A DNA stretch of 64,000 nucleotides from a virus (Duplodnaviria > Caudoviricetes), in the IMG/VR virus record IMGVR_UViG_3300032301_000913, positions 19,176 to 83,175 of that record; one strand, 5' to 3'. Position numbers and translations under genes: made by a program. Below the pieces are notes generated by a model. It was not told the DNA's origin. It did not search any database and was given only the letters and a program-made list of their open reading frames with translations. This document shows positions 45,444 through 55,321 of the stretch, piece by piece; the first letter of the stretch is position 1; every line of letters starts with the position of its first letter.

Positions 45444-48400
45444 ACGAACTATCAGAACTTTTTAAATTAGTAGCACAAGAAAAGAAACAAAAAAGAGAAG
45501 AATATGAATCTTTAGTCGGTGACTTGGGATTAGATTCTGTTTTTGAAGAAGTTTCTATTCTGAAAACTAAAAGTAAAATAAAAAATAAAAAAGGACATAA
45601 GGCACTCAAAGTATTTGAGGATTTACTCTCATCTAGAGAGATGGAACCAAATATTGAAGAAGAAATTGAAGAAATTTTTGAAGTAGTGGAAGAACTTCAA
45701 GAAGAACTTGAAGAACCAAAATACCCAACATTGATGGAGAGATCATTAGGACTTCTTTCCGAACCATCAAATGTTAAGCAACAAAAAGATCCACTAACTC
45801 CACTGGACCAAAAGTTCGCAACACTTGAAGATTTAGAAAAGCATTATAAACTTTTCCTTTCTCGCATTCAACAACAACTCTCCACATTAGGTGGTGGTGG
45901 AGAAACTAAATTAAGATATTTGGATGATGTTGTAGGTGTTGCAACGAATTCTGCTGCTTATGATGGAGCATTTTTAAGATGGAATTCATCTACAAATACA
46001 GCAGGATTTTCAACATCTATTGGAGGACTTTTAATTAATGAAACTTTGGATACAGTCACGGATCGTGGAAATACAACCACGAATGGTATTGGAGTTTCAT
46101 ATGTAAATCTTCCAGTTGGTTCTGTAATTACTGGAGTATCTTCAATTGTTGCAAATATTACAAGAGCAAATTTAAGTTCAGTTCTTGAATATGGACCATA
46201 TGCTAATCTTGGGATTGGTAGTTATGGATTAACATATGGTATTACTGGTGTTAATTATGCAGTTTATGAACTCCAAGTAGTTCCATCACCTACACTTCAA
46301 CTAGGTGATATTATTGCTGGTGCAGGTATTTCAATTGGAAGTGCGATTATTGGTATTGGTACTGGTGCATACAATAAAGTTATTATTACCGATAAGACTT
46401 TCCCCGTAGGTGCAGGTGTATCTCCTATACCATACGATACAATCATCAATTTTGCACGTGCAGTTGTTAATCCTGGTTTATCAGTCGCAACACTTGATAA
46501 TACGGACATTACATTAAGTGCTGGTGCTGGTGGTAATATTGTCGCACACTCGGACATTCTTCCATATACAACGAATGTTTGGTCGTTAGGTTCTCCTGCA
46601 AGAAGATTTAAAGAAGTCTGGTTTGGAACTGGAACGATTTACGTTCAGGACGAAACATTAGGAAACGACCAAGCACTTGGAGCAAAGGCAGGCAATTTCT
46701 ATATCAAAGGTGGTGCCGGTTTAGAAGTTGGTGAATGGGTATTCCGAGATAATGATATAAAAATTAAAGATAGTACTCGTGATGTTTATTTTGGTTCTCT
46801 TGGTGCAACTGCGGATGTTGTATTCAATCGTTCAATAAAAATTCAAGACAGTAGTAATAGAACGGCATATTATACAGACCGTACAGGACGCACACAGTTT
46901 TATCCTCCAACTATTCCTGCGGGAGATATTGGTGGAATGAGTATTATTGGTTCAACTAATGGAGCATATCAACCAGTTATAAATGCTGGTGGAATGTTGC
47001 ATATTACTGGTAATGATGGTGTAGTAAGTCGTATTACGAATGATGGATTTGGTACTGGAGCATTCCCTGCTTATATCAGTCGTGCTGCTCGTGGAACTGC
47101 AGCATCTCCAAGTTCAATAGTTCTTGGTGATATTTTAAGTCGTTATAGTACGGTTGGATTTGGTACTACAACATTTCCTACAGGACCTGCAGCAAACAAT
47201 ATAGAAGTTTATGCGAGAGAAAACTTCACTAATTCTAGACAAGGTGCAGAATATAGATTTTATAGTGCGCCGATTGGTTCAATCACAAAAACATTAGATT
47301 TAACAATTAATACTGAAGGTTTATCATTTGTAAGTGCAGGTAGCACTACTGGTATCACTTTCTACGACAACTCAAGATTAACATATTTCCCATCACAAAC
47401 AGCAGCAACTGCAGATAAGTTCCTGAAGGTTACTAATGTTGGTGGTAATTATGTAATGTCTTGGGAGACACCTCCTACTATTGTTGGTGCTGTTATCTAC
47501 AAAGGAGCATATAATGTTGTTACTAATACTCCACCAATCACAGATGCATCAGGACAAGCAGGTTGGCAATATACAGTAGTTGGAGTTGGTACAACTAATT
47601 TTGGATTAAATGGAACTCTATCACTTCAAGATGGAGACTTATTAATTCATAATGGAACTCATTACGATCAAATTCCTGGACTAAGAACGCAACTAAATTC
47701 CGATTGGACTGCAACGACTGGTGTTACTGCAATTCTAAACAAACCAAATATTGTTAATCAACTTATTGGAGGAACTGGTGTATCACTATCTCCTTCTAAT
47801 GGAATTGGAACAGTCACAATTAATGCAACTGGAACACAGAACCTTAATTCTGTATTAACTAACGGAAATACTTCGGCACTTGGAATAAATGTTGGAGTTG
47901 TATCCGCAACTTCTTATACTGGAAATGGTGTAAATCTAACTGGTATTGTAACTTCTATTGTTGCTGGTACTGGTGGAATTACAGTGTCAGGTTCAACAGG
48001 ACGAGTTACGATTAATGGAACGGCTCAAGTCAATAGTGATTGGACTTCAACAGTTGGTGTTGCTTCTATTCTAAACAAACCAACGATTGTTAATCAAATT
48101 ATTGCTGGAAGTGGAGTTACAATTTCACCTTCTAATGGAATTGGTATTGTTACAATTACAGGAGCACAAAACCTAAATTCAGTATTAGGTTATGGAAATA
48201 CTTCATCACTTGGAATGAGTGTTGGAGTTGTAACTACTACTAAACTTGTAAGTAGTGATGGTGGAACATTCTCTGGTGTAGTTACTGCAACTTCTTATAG
48301 TGGTTCTGGAACAAATCTAACTGGTATTGTAACTTCTATTGTTGCTGGTGCTGGTGTTACTATTTCTGGTTCTACAGGGCAAGTTACTATTAGTTCAACA

Positions 48401-48739
48401 CCATCTAATTTTATTTCCACTTCCACTACACAGGCAAGCACACTTACCGTAGATTTTACTGGACCAGATGTAATATTCTGGCAACCAAGTGCTAATGGAA
48501 ATAGAACAGTTACACTAACTAATTTTACAGCAAATAGAGGTGTTAGGATTTTTATTACTCCACATCGTGCTCAAGATACATTTACATTTACTGGAGTAAC
48601 TGCAAGTCAATGTAGTAATGGTAGTAATGTTTATCAACTTGGAGGTGGTGGTGCTGCTCAGGCAAGTATGATGATAGAACTATTCTCAACTTCAACTGCT
48701 GTTGGTGGTGTTTGGATATTTGCACACGGTGGGGTTTAA
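45440..48739 (+). CDS. fiber-like virion protein
   Basis: acidic coiled N-terminus, LGGGGE.KLRYLDDV, repeated LNSVL..GNTS..G..VGVV and NLTGIVTSIVAG units. Confidence 0.65.
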   Translation: MNELSELFKLVAQEKKQKREEYESLVGDLGLDSVFEEVSILKTKSKIKNKKGHKALKVFEDLLSSREMEPNIEEEIEEIFEVVEELQEELEEPKYPTLMERSLGLLSEPSNVKQQKDPLTPLDQKFATLEDLEKHYKLFLSRIQQQLSTLGGGGETKLRYLDDVVGVATNSAAYDGAFLRWNSSTNTAGFSTSIGGLLINETLDTVTDRGNTTTNGIGVSYVNLPVGSVITGVSSIVANITRANLSSVLEYGPYANLGIGSYGLTYGITGVNYAVYELQVVPSPTLQLGDIIAGAGISIGSAIIGIGTGAYNKVIITDKTFPVGAGVSPIPYDTIINFARAVVNPGLSVATLDNTDITLSAGAGGNIVAHSDILPYTTNVWSLGSPARRFKEVWFGTGTIYVQDETLGNDQALGAKAGNFYIKGGAGLEVGEWVFRDNDIKIKDSTRDVYFGSLGATADVVFNRSIKIQDSSNRTAYYTDRTGRTQFYPPTIPAGDIGGMSIIGSTNGAYQPVINAGGMLHITGNDGVVSRITNDGFGTGAFPAYISRAARGTAASPSSIVLGDILSRYSTVGFGTTTFPTGPAANNIEVYARENFTNSRQGAEYRFYSAPIGSITKTLDLTINTEGLSFVSAGSTTGITFYDNSRLTYFPSQTAATADKFLKVTNVGGNYVMSWETPPTIVGAVIYKGAYNVVTNTPPITDASGQAGWQYTVVGVGTTNFGLNGTLSLQDGDLLIHNGTHYDQIPGLRTQLNSDWTATTGVTAILNKPNIVNQLIGGTGVSLSPSNGIGTVTINATGTQNLNSVLTNGNTSALGINVGVVSATSYTGNGVNLTGIVTSIVAGTGGITVSGSTGRVTINGTAQVNSDWTSTVGVASILNKPTIVNQIIAGSGVTISPSNGIGIVTITGAQNLNSVLGYGNTSSLGMSVGVVTTTKLVSSDGGTFSGVVTATSYSGSGTNLTGIVTSIVAGAGVTISGSTGQVTISSTPSNFISTSTTQASTLTVDFTGPDVIFWQPSANGNRTVTLTNFTANRGVRIFITPHRAQDTFTFTGVTASQCSNGSNVYQLGGGGAAQASMMIELFSTSTAVGGVWIFAHGGV

Positions 48740-48748
48740 TTAAAAATT

Positions 48749-50641
48749 ATGCCAATCGAAGATATTCAACTAAAGCAATCGGACGCTTATCTCTCTAATC
48801 CAAATCTAAAGAGAGCAAACACAAATATTCAATGGACTGAAGAGCAGATCATTGAATTCTTGAAATGTAAAGATGATCCAGTATATTTCGCAAAGAATTA
48901 TATTAAGATCGTTTCTCTGGATGATGGTCTAGTTCCTTTTAGAATGTATCCATTTCAAGAGAAACTTGTTCAAAGATTTCATGAGAACCGATTTAATATT
49001 TGTAAGATGCCACGCCAAACCGGCAAATCTTTAGCATTAGACACTCCAATTCCAACTCCAAATAGTTGGACAACAATGGGGGATTTAAAAGTTGGGGATG
49101 TTATTCTTTCCCCCTCTGGCGATAGTGTTTCGGTTACTATGAAAACTGAAATAATGTATAATCATAATTGCTATAAATTATATTTTGATAATGGTGAGGA
49201 AATAGTTGCAGATGCGGGTCATTTATGGGAGGTTGATAGTTCATATTGGAGAACTGGTAAAAAAGTATTAACATCTCAAGAAATATATGATAAGTACGAA
49301 ACAAAAACTAAAAATAAAAGAGGAAGTGGCGTTCAAGGGTCATTATATATTGAAAAATCCAAACCAATCAATTTTATTAAAAACTCATTAGATATTGATC
49401 CATATCTTCTTGGAATTTGGTTGGGAGATGGATATTCTTCAGATGGAAGAATTGTAGCACATAAAGATGATTATGAGTTCTATAAGACTATATTGGATAT
49501 AGAACATGAAAGGGAAGATGGTAATTGTATGAGATTTAAAGTTAGAGATTTTAAATTAAAATTAAAATCTCACAATTTATTAAAAAACAAACATATTCCA
49601 CAAAATTATTTAAGATCTTCCTATGAAGATAGGTTAGAATTACTTCGCGGATTAATGGATACTGATGGATCTGTTACAAAAAATACTAGATCTTTTGAAT
49701 TTTATCAAAAAAATTATGATTTTATATTACAAGTTGTGGAATTGCTCTCTACCCTTGGCATTAAATCTAATATTAGAAGAAAAAAAATAAAAGACATTTA
49801 CTATCACACAGTATCATTTACTACCAAAGAAAGAATATTCAATCTTTCAAGAAAATTGAATAATATTGATGTGCTAAGACCAACAAGAATTCAAGAAAAT
49901 CGACATTATATTCATAAGATAGAAAAAGTTGATAGTGTTCCAGTTGCTTGTATTCAAGTAGATAGTGAAGATCATCTATTCTTATGTGGTAAGACTTTTA
50001 TACCAACTCACAATTCAACAACTTGCGTATCTTATCTTCTACATTATGCAGTATTCAATGATAACGTAAATATTGCCATTCTTGCAAACAAAGCATCAAC
50101 AGCAAAAGATCTATTAGGTAGATTGCAACTCGCATATGAAAATCTTCCAAAGTGGATGCAACAAGGTATCTTATCTTGGAACAAGCAATCATTAGAACTA
50201 GAAAATGGTTCTAAAATTATTGCCGCCTCCACTTCTGCATCTGCTGTTCGTGGTGGATCTTACAATATTATATTCCTGGACGAATTTGCATTCATTCCAA
50301 ATAATATTGCAGATCAGTTCTTTGCATCCGTTTATCCAACAATTTCTTCTGGTAAATCCACAAAGGTAATTATTGTATCCACACCTCACGGTATGAATCA
50401 CTTCTACCGTATGTGGCATGACGCTGAGAAGGGCAAAAATGAATATGTGCCTACAGATGTTCATTGGTCAGAAGTGCCCGGTAGAGACGCCAAATGGAAG
50501 GCATCCACGATTGCTAACACTAGCGAACAGCAGTTCAAAGTTGAGTTTGAATGTTTATCTGGGGAAACTAAAATAGAAATACTCGATAATAATGGCAATT
50601 CTCAAAATATTACTATGGAAGAACTCTATCGAAGAATGTGA
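48749..50641 (+). CDS. gp17: terminase large subunit gp17, N-terminal fragment (with cis-intein and split-intein IntN)
   Basis: YLSNPNLK, Walker A RQTGK/STT, Walker B IIFLDEFAF. Confidence 0.95.
   Translation: MPIEDIQLKQSDAYLSNPNLKRANTNIQWTEEQIIEFLKCKDDPVYFAKNYIKIVSLDDGLVPFRMYPFQEKLVQRFHENRFNICKMPRQTGKSLALDTPIPTPNSWTTMGDLKVGDVILSPSGDSVSVTMKTEIMYNHNCYKLYFDNGEEIVADAGHLWEVDSSYWRTGKKVLTSQEIYDKYETKTKNKRGSGVQGSLYIEKSKPINFIKNSLDIDPYLLGIWLGDGYSSDGRIVAHKDDYEFYKTILDIEHEREDGNCMRFKVRDFKLKLKSHNLLKNKHIPQNYLRSSYEDRLELLRGLMDTDGSVTKNTRSFEFYQKNYDFILQVVELLSTLGIKSNIRRKKIKDIYYHTVSFTTKERIFNLSRKLNNIDVLRPTRIQENRHYIHKIEKVDSVPVACIQVDSEDHLFLCGKTFIPTHNSTTCVSYLLHYAVFNDNVNIAILANKASTAKDLLGRLQLAYENLPKWMQQGILSWNKQSLELENGSKIIAASTSASAVRGGSYNIIFLDEFAFIPNNIADQFFASVYPTISSGKSTKVIIVSTPHGMNHFYRMWHDAEKGKNEYVPTDVHWSEVPGRDAKWKASTIANTSEQQFKVEFECLSGETKIEILDNNGNSQNITMEELYRRM
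49028..50014 (+). mobile_element. cis-splicing intein with LAGLIDADG endonuclease, 329 aa
   Basis: starts SLALDTPIPTP, ends IPTHN, +1 Ser; LGIWLGDG and RGLMDTDGS motifs; removal restores GKSTT. Confidence 0.95.
50552..50641 (+). mobile_element. split intein N-fragment (IntN, 29 aa)
   Basis: after VEFE: CLSGETKIEILDNNGNSQNITMEELYRRM-stop. Confidence 0.9.
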
Positions 50642-50669
50642 GTTTTTTGGATTATAAATAATAATAAAA

Positions 50670-51239
50670 ATGTATTATATCTACTTACTTAAAGATTTGG
50701 ATGATAATATTAAATATGTTGGTCAGACTAAGGACCCGAGAACTAGAAAGAGAGACCACAAAAATAGCAAACCTAAACATATTTTTAAGATTGTAGAAGA
50801 AACAAATATTGCCGAAGATGCAAAAAATTTGGAAATTAATTATATAAAACAATTTGATACCTATAAAAATGGATGGAATAAATCTCCAGGAGGAGAAGGT
50901 TTTGATAATTACGATAGAACCGGAATAGGTGGTGTAGATAAAGGGAATATCCCTTGGAATAAAGGTATGAAAAATTGCTTCTCAGAAGAAACAATCTCAA
51001 AAATGAAGCAAGTTAGGAAGGGTAGAGTTTTTAGTAGAAAACTTACCGATGACCAAATAAAGGAAATACGCATTTTATTTGATATAAAACCAGATTTACC
51101 ATTGGTGGGATTGATTATGAAAAATGGAAAGAAAATGTCATATGTTCAAGCATTTTGTAAAGAATATGCTGATAAATACAATTTAACATCACAAGGACTT
51201 AAAAGAATAGTTTTGGGGGAGTGTTGGAAAAATGTTTAA
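50670..51239 (+). CDS. GIY-YIG homing endonuclease between the gp17 halves
   Basis: YIY...YVGQT...R...H...E...WN..PGGEG; late promoter at 50653. Confidence 0.85.
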   Translation: MYYIYLLKDLDDNIKYVGQTKDPRTRKRDHKNSKPKHIFKIVEETNIAEDAKNLEINYIKQFDTYKNGWNKSPGGEGFDNYDRTGIGGVDKGNIPWNKGMKNCFSEETISKMKQVRKGRVFSRKLTDDQIKEIRILFDIKPDLPLVGLIMKNGKKMSYVQAFCKEYADKYNLTSQGLKRIVLGECWKNV

Positions 51240-52446
51240 ACTTAATAAAGACATATTAGTAAAAACTCCTACAGGATTTAAATCTTTCTCAGGTATTCAG
51301 AAAGTTTATAAACCTTTCTATCATTGGATAATTTTTGAGGATGGTACTGAAATAAAATGTTCAGAAAATCACTCATTTGGATCAGAAAAAATTAAAGCAT
51401 CTACAATCAAAGTAGATAACATCATACAAGGAAAAAAAATTGTATATAATGAAATAGTAGAAGAAGGAATATATCTTTACGATTTATTAGATGTTGGTGA
51501 AGATAACTTATACTATTCAAATAATATAGTATCACATAACTGTGAATTCTTAGGATCTGTTGATACTCTGATCAATCCCACAAAATTAAGAACCTTAATT
51601 TATGAAGATCCATCAAAGAGAAGTAAAGGACTTGATGTTTATGAAGATCCAAAAGAAGAACATAATTATCTAATTACTGTTGATGTGGCAAGAGGAGTTG
51701 GAAGTGACTATTCGGCATTTATAGTCTTTGATATTACCAATTTTCCATATAAAACAGTAGCAAAATATAAAAATAATGAAATAAAACCAATGATGTTTCC
51801 TGCCATTATTCATGAAGTAGCAAAGGCATATGATGATGCATGGTTATTGGTAGAAGTAAATGATATTGGAGATCAGGTAGCAAATATTCTTCACTTCGAT
51901 CTTGAATATGATAATGTTTTGATGTGTGCAATGAGAGGACGTGCAGGACAGATTGTTGGATCAGGATTTAGTGGAAAAAAATCACAACTTGGTGTTCGCA
52001 TGACATCCGCAGTTAAAAAATTGGGATGTTCAAATTTAAGAACATTAATTGAGGATGATAAACTTACAATTAATGATTATGACATGATCTCCGAACTTAC
52101 AACTTTCATTCAAAAAGGTAGATCGTTTGAGGCAGAAGAGGGTTGTAATGATGATCTTGCAATGTGTCTCGTTATATTCTCATGGTTAGTAGCACAAGAC
52201 TATTTTAAAGAAATGACGAATAATGATGTTCGTAAAAGAATTTATGAGGAACACAAGAATCAAATTGAACAAGATATGGCACCTTTTGGATTTATTTTGG
52301 ATGGACTGGATGATATTGATGCTTTCATAGAACCAGAAACTGGGGATAGATGGATGTTTGCTACGGCACAAAATGAAAATCAACCACTAGAAGTCTGGAA
52401 TGTTGATGAGTATGGTGATCGTTCTCATATGTGGGACTATCGCTAA
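51232..52446 (+). CDS. gp17: terminase large subunit gp17, C-terminal fragment (IntC plus nuclease domain)
   Basis: 103-aa IntC ending VSHN (51232-51540), then CEFLGSVDTLI, VDVARG, NDDL.M. Confidence 0.95.
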   Translation: MFKLNKDILVKTPTGFKSFSGIQKVYKPFYHWIIFEDGTEIKCSENHSFGSEKIKASTIKVDNIIQGKKIVYNEIVEEGIYLYDLLDVGEDNLYYSNNIVSHNCEFLGSVDTLINPTKLRTLIYEDPSKRSKGLDVYEDPKEEHNYLITVDVARGVGSDYSAFIVFDITNFPYKTVAKYKNNEIKPMMFPAIIHEVAKAYDDAWLLVEVNDIGDQVANILHFDLEYDNVLMCAMRGRAGQIVGSGFSGKKSQLGVRMTSAVKKLGCSNLRTLIEDDKLTINDYDMISELTTFIQKGRSFEAEEGCNDDLAMCLVIFSWLVAQDYFKEMTNNDVRKRIYEEHKNQIEQDMAPFGFILDGLDDIDAFIEPETGDRWMFATAQNENQPLEVWNVDEYGDRSHMWDYR

Positions 52447-52502
52447 AGAGGCGAAAATTATAAATACTTTTAGAATAATTCTGGACCTGACGGGGAATAC
52501 AA

Positions 52503-54680
52503 ATGGCGCTAAATTTAGCATCTCCTGGAATTGTAGTAAGAGAAGTTGATTTAACAGTTGGTAGAGTCGCACCAACTTCTAATAAAATTGGTGCAATTGT
52601 TGCTCCCTTCGCAAAGGGGCCTGTAGATGCACCAACTTTAGTAGAAACGGAACAAGATCTACTAAGCAATTTTGGTGAGCCATATGCAATTGATAAGCAC
52701 TATGAGCATTGGTTAACTGCATCATCTTATCTTGCTTATGGTGGATCATTGAGAGTCATAAGATCTGATGATTCTGATTTGAAGAATGGATTTGTTGGTA
52801 CTGCATCTAGTGTTAAAGTTAAAAGTTTAGATCATTATATTGAATTGGGATTTAGTGAAAATCCAATTAGTGGTGTGACTGTTTTAGCAAGAAATCCAGG
52901 ATCTTGGTCAAATGGGATTCGTGTTGGACTAATTGATGCAAAGGCTGATCAAATTCTTGGAGTCAGTACAACAAATGTTATTGTTGGGCACGGAGTTACT
53001 CAATCAGTAGTAGGAAAAGTTAAGGCAGGTGCTGGGGGAACATCGGTTCTTGACGGTGTACTTAAGGGCATTGTTACTGAAATTGGTGCTGGAAACCTTT
53101 CAGTAAAGGTTTTGAGTCATGTTTCTGCTGCAGGAACTGAAACAGTCGTTGATTATCAACCTGCTGGAGTTTATTCATTTTCTGCCACAACACAATTAGG
53201 AATTACAACTGCTAATGGCACATCAGTAGTTACACCTACTCCAACTTCACAAATAGATTGGTTTGATCAACAAAATCTCACCATTACTACAGCACCTGTT
53301 GGATCTGCAACCACTGAGATAACAATTCCTTGGAATACCGTTGCTGATCGCCCATTTACTTCAGATTATGCAAATACAAGAGGAGCAAGATTTGATGAAT
53401 TCCATATTGTAGTTATTGATGCATCCGGATCAATAACTGGAAATGCTGGAACAATTCTTGAAAAGCACTTGAATATTTCCAAAGCATCCGATGCTCAATA
53501 TTCTGTTGGAAGTCCGGCATATTGGAGAAAGTATCTGGAAAATAATTCCACATTCATTTTCGGTGGTTCTGCTCCTGCAGGAATTACTTCAACTGGATTT
53601 AGTTCTGGATTTGTTCCCCAAACAGATTTTTCCTGGGATCAGGAAGCAGATAGTGCAATTTTTGGTGCAATTGGGCCTAAGAATTTTGTTCTTAGTGGGG
53701 GTAAAAATTACGATGGTTCTACTACAATAACCGCAAGTGGGGCATTGACTTCAAAGATATCAGATATTTCTTCTGGATATGATTTATTTGAAAATACTGA
53801 TAACTATAAAGTTGATTTCCTTTTAATGGGATCAGCAAATTATACAATGGAAAATGCTCAGGCACTTGCAGAGAAACTAATTTCTGTTGCGGAACTGAGA
53901 AAAGATACACTTGCATTCATTTCACCATATAGAGGATCTGCTCTTACGGATACTTCAGATCAAACTGCAGTAACAGTCAGATCTGCATCTGATATTACCG
54001 ATAAAGTACTTCAATTCTATTCACCAATTACATCTTCAACTTATGCAGTTTTTGATAGTGGATATAAGTACATGTACGATAGATTCTCTGATACTTTCAG
54101 ATATGTACCTTTAAATGGTGACATTGCTGGAACTTGTGCTCGTAATGATATTAATAATTTCCCATGGTATTCTCCAGCAGGAACTTCAAGAGGTGCTATC
54201 TTAAATGCAGTAAAACTTGCATATAATCCTTCCAAGTCTCAGAGAGATCGTCTTTATTCAAATAGAATTAATCCTATCATCTTCTCACCTGGTGCAGGAA
54301 TTGTTCTCTTTGGAGATAAGACTGGATATGGTAAGGCATCAGCATTTGATAGAATCAACGTTCGCAGACTCTTTGTTTACTTAGAAACTGCAATCGCCGC
54401 AGCTGCTAAGGATCAACTATTTGAATTCAACGATGAGATCACAAGAACAAATTTTGTAAATATTGTTGAACCTTTCTTACGTGATGTTCAGGCAAAGAGA
54501 GGAGTCTATGATTATGTAGTTGTTTGTGATGAAACAAACAACACAGCGGCCGTCATCGACTCAAATGAATTCGTCGCTGATATCTACATTAAACCAGCAA
54601 GATCAATTAACTTCATTGGTCTTACTTTTGTTGCCACCAGAACTGGTGTTTCGTTTGATGAAGTAATCGGTCAATTCTAA
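52503..54680 (+). CDS. gp18: tail sheath protein gp18
   Basis: SPGIVVREVDLT, PWYSPAG..RG, SAFDRINVRRLF, KPARSINFI. Confidence 0.97.
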   Translation: MALNLASPGIVVREVDLTVGRVAPTSNKIGAIVAPFAKGPVDAPTLVETEQDLLSNFGEPYAIDKHYEHWLTASSYLAYGGSLRVIRSDDSDLKNGFVGTASSVKVKSLDHYIELGFSENPISGVTVLARNPGSWSNGIRVGLIDAKADQILGVSTTNVIVGHGVTQSVVGKVKAGAGGTSVLDGVLKGIVTEIGAGNLSVKVLSHVSAAGTETVVDYQPAGVYSFSATTQLGITTANGTSVVTPTPTSQIDWFDQQNLTITTAPVGSATTEITIPWNTVADRPFTSDYANTRGARFDEFHIVVIDASGSITGNAGTILEKHLNISKASDAQYSVGSPAYWRKYLENNSTFIFGGSAPAGITSTGFSSGFVPQTDFSWDQEADSAIFGAIGPKNFVLSGGKNYDGSTTITASGALTSKISDISSGYDLFENTDNYKVDFLLMGSANYTMENAQALAEKLISVAELRKDTLAFISPYRGSALTDTSDQTAVTVRSASDITDKVLQFYSPITSSTYAVFDSGYKYMYDRFSDTFRYVPLNGDIAGTCARNDINNFPWYSPAGTSRGAILNAVKLAYNPSKSQRDRLYSNRINPIIFSPGAGIVLFGDKTGYGKASAFDRINVRRLFVYLETAIAAAAKDQLFEFNDEITRTNFVNIVEPFLRDVQAKRGVYDYVVVCDETNNTAAVIDSNEFVADIYIKPARSINFIGLTFVATRTGVSFDEVIGQF

Positions 54681-54700
54681 TTAACAAGAGGTAAACAATC

Positions 54701-55294
54701 ATGGCAACTAGATCTCAACTAAATCCACCTCCTTTAAGGAAGATTACCGACTTCAAGAGTAAACTCTCTGGTGGTGGCGCTCGTGCAAATCTTTTCGAAG
54801 TAGTATTATCTTTTCCAACTTCTGCACCAACCGATAGTAATGTTCTTGATAAGTCAAGATTCTTAATCAAAGCAGCTGCTCTTCCAGCATCAACAATTGG
54901 ACCAGTTAATGTTCCATTTAGAGGAAGAATTCTCAAGATTGCTGGAGACAGAACTTTCGAATCTTGGACTGTTACTGTTATCAACGATACAGATTTTTCA
55001 ATTCGCTCTGCTCTTGAAAATTGGATCAATTCAATTAATAAAGTTTCTGATGCCACTGGCGCCACTGATCCAGCACTATATCAAGCAGACGCTTTTGTCT
55101 ATCAACTTGATCGTGATGGTTCTACACTGAGAGCATATCACATGTACGATATTTTTCCAACAAATATTGCCCAGATTGCCCTTTCAACCGAAACCACTGA
55201 TGCAATTGAAGAGTTCACTTGCGAATTCCAAGTTCAATGGTGGGAAGCAGTTAAGGGTACTGGAACAAATGCTGGTGGTGGCAATATCAACTAA
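54701..55294 (+). CDS. gp19: tail tube protein gp19
   Basis: GGGARANLFEV, VPFRGR.LKIAGDRTF, IEEF. Confidence 0.97.
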   Translation: MATRSQLNPPPLRKITDFKSKLSGGGARANLFEVVLSFPTSAPTDSNVLDKSRFLIKAAALPASTIGPVNVPFRGRILKIAGDRTFESWTVTVINDTDFSIRSALENWINSINKVSDATGATDPALYQADAFVYQLDRDGSTLRAYHMYDIFPTNIAQIALSTETTDAIEEFTCEFQVQWWEAVKGTGTNAGGGNIN

Positions 55295-55321
55295 ATAGAA
55301 CATACGGTCTAAACTTATAAG

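Noticed and set aside
50642-51231. Group I intron or sequencing error splitting gp17
   Set aside because: Both halves carry complementary intein motifs, with a clean stop, a late promoter and a new start; no space for intron core elements
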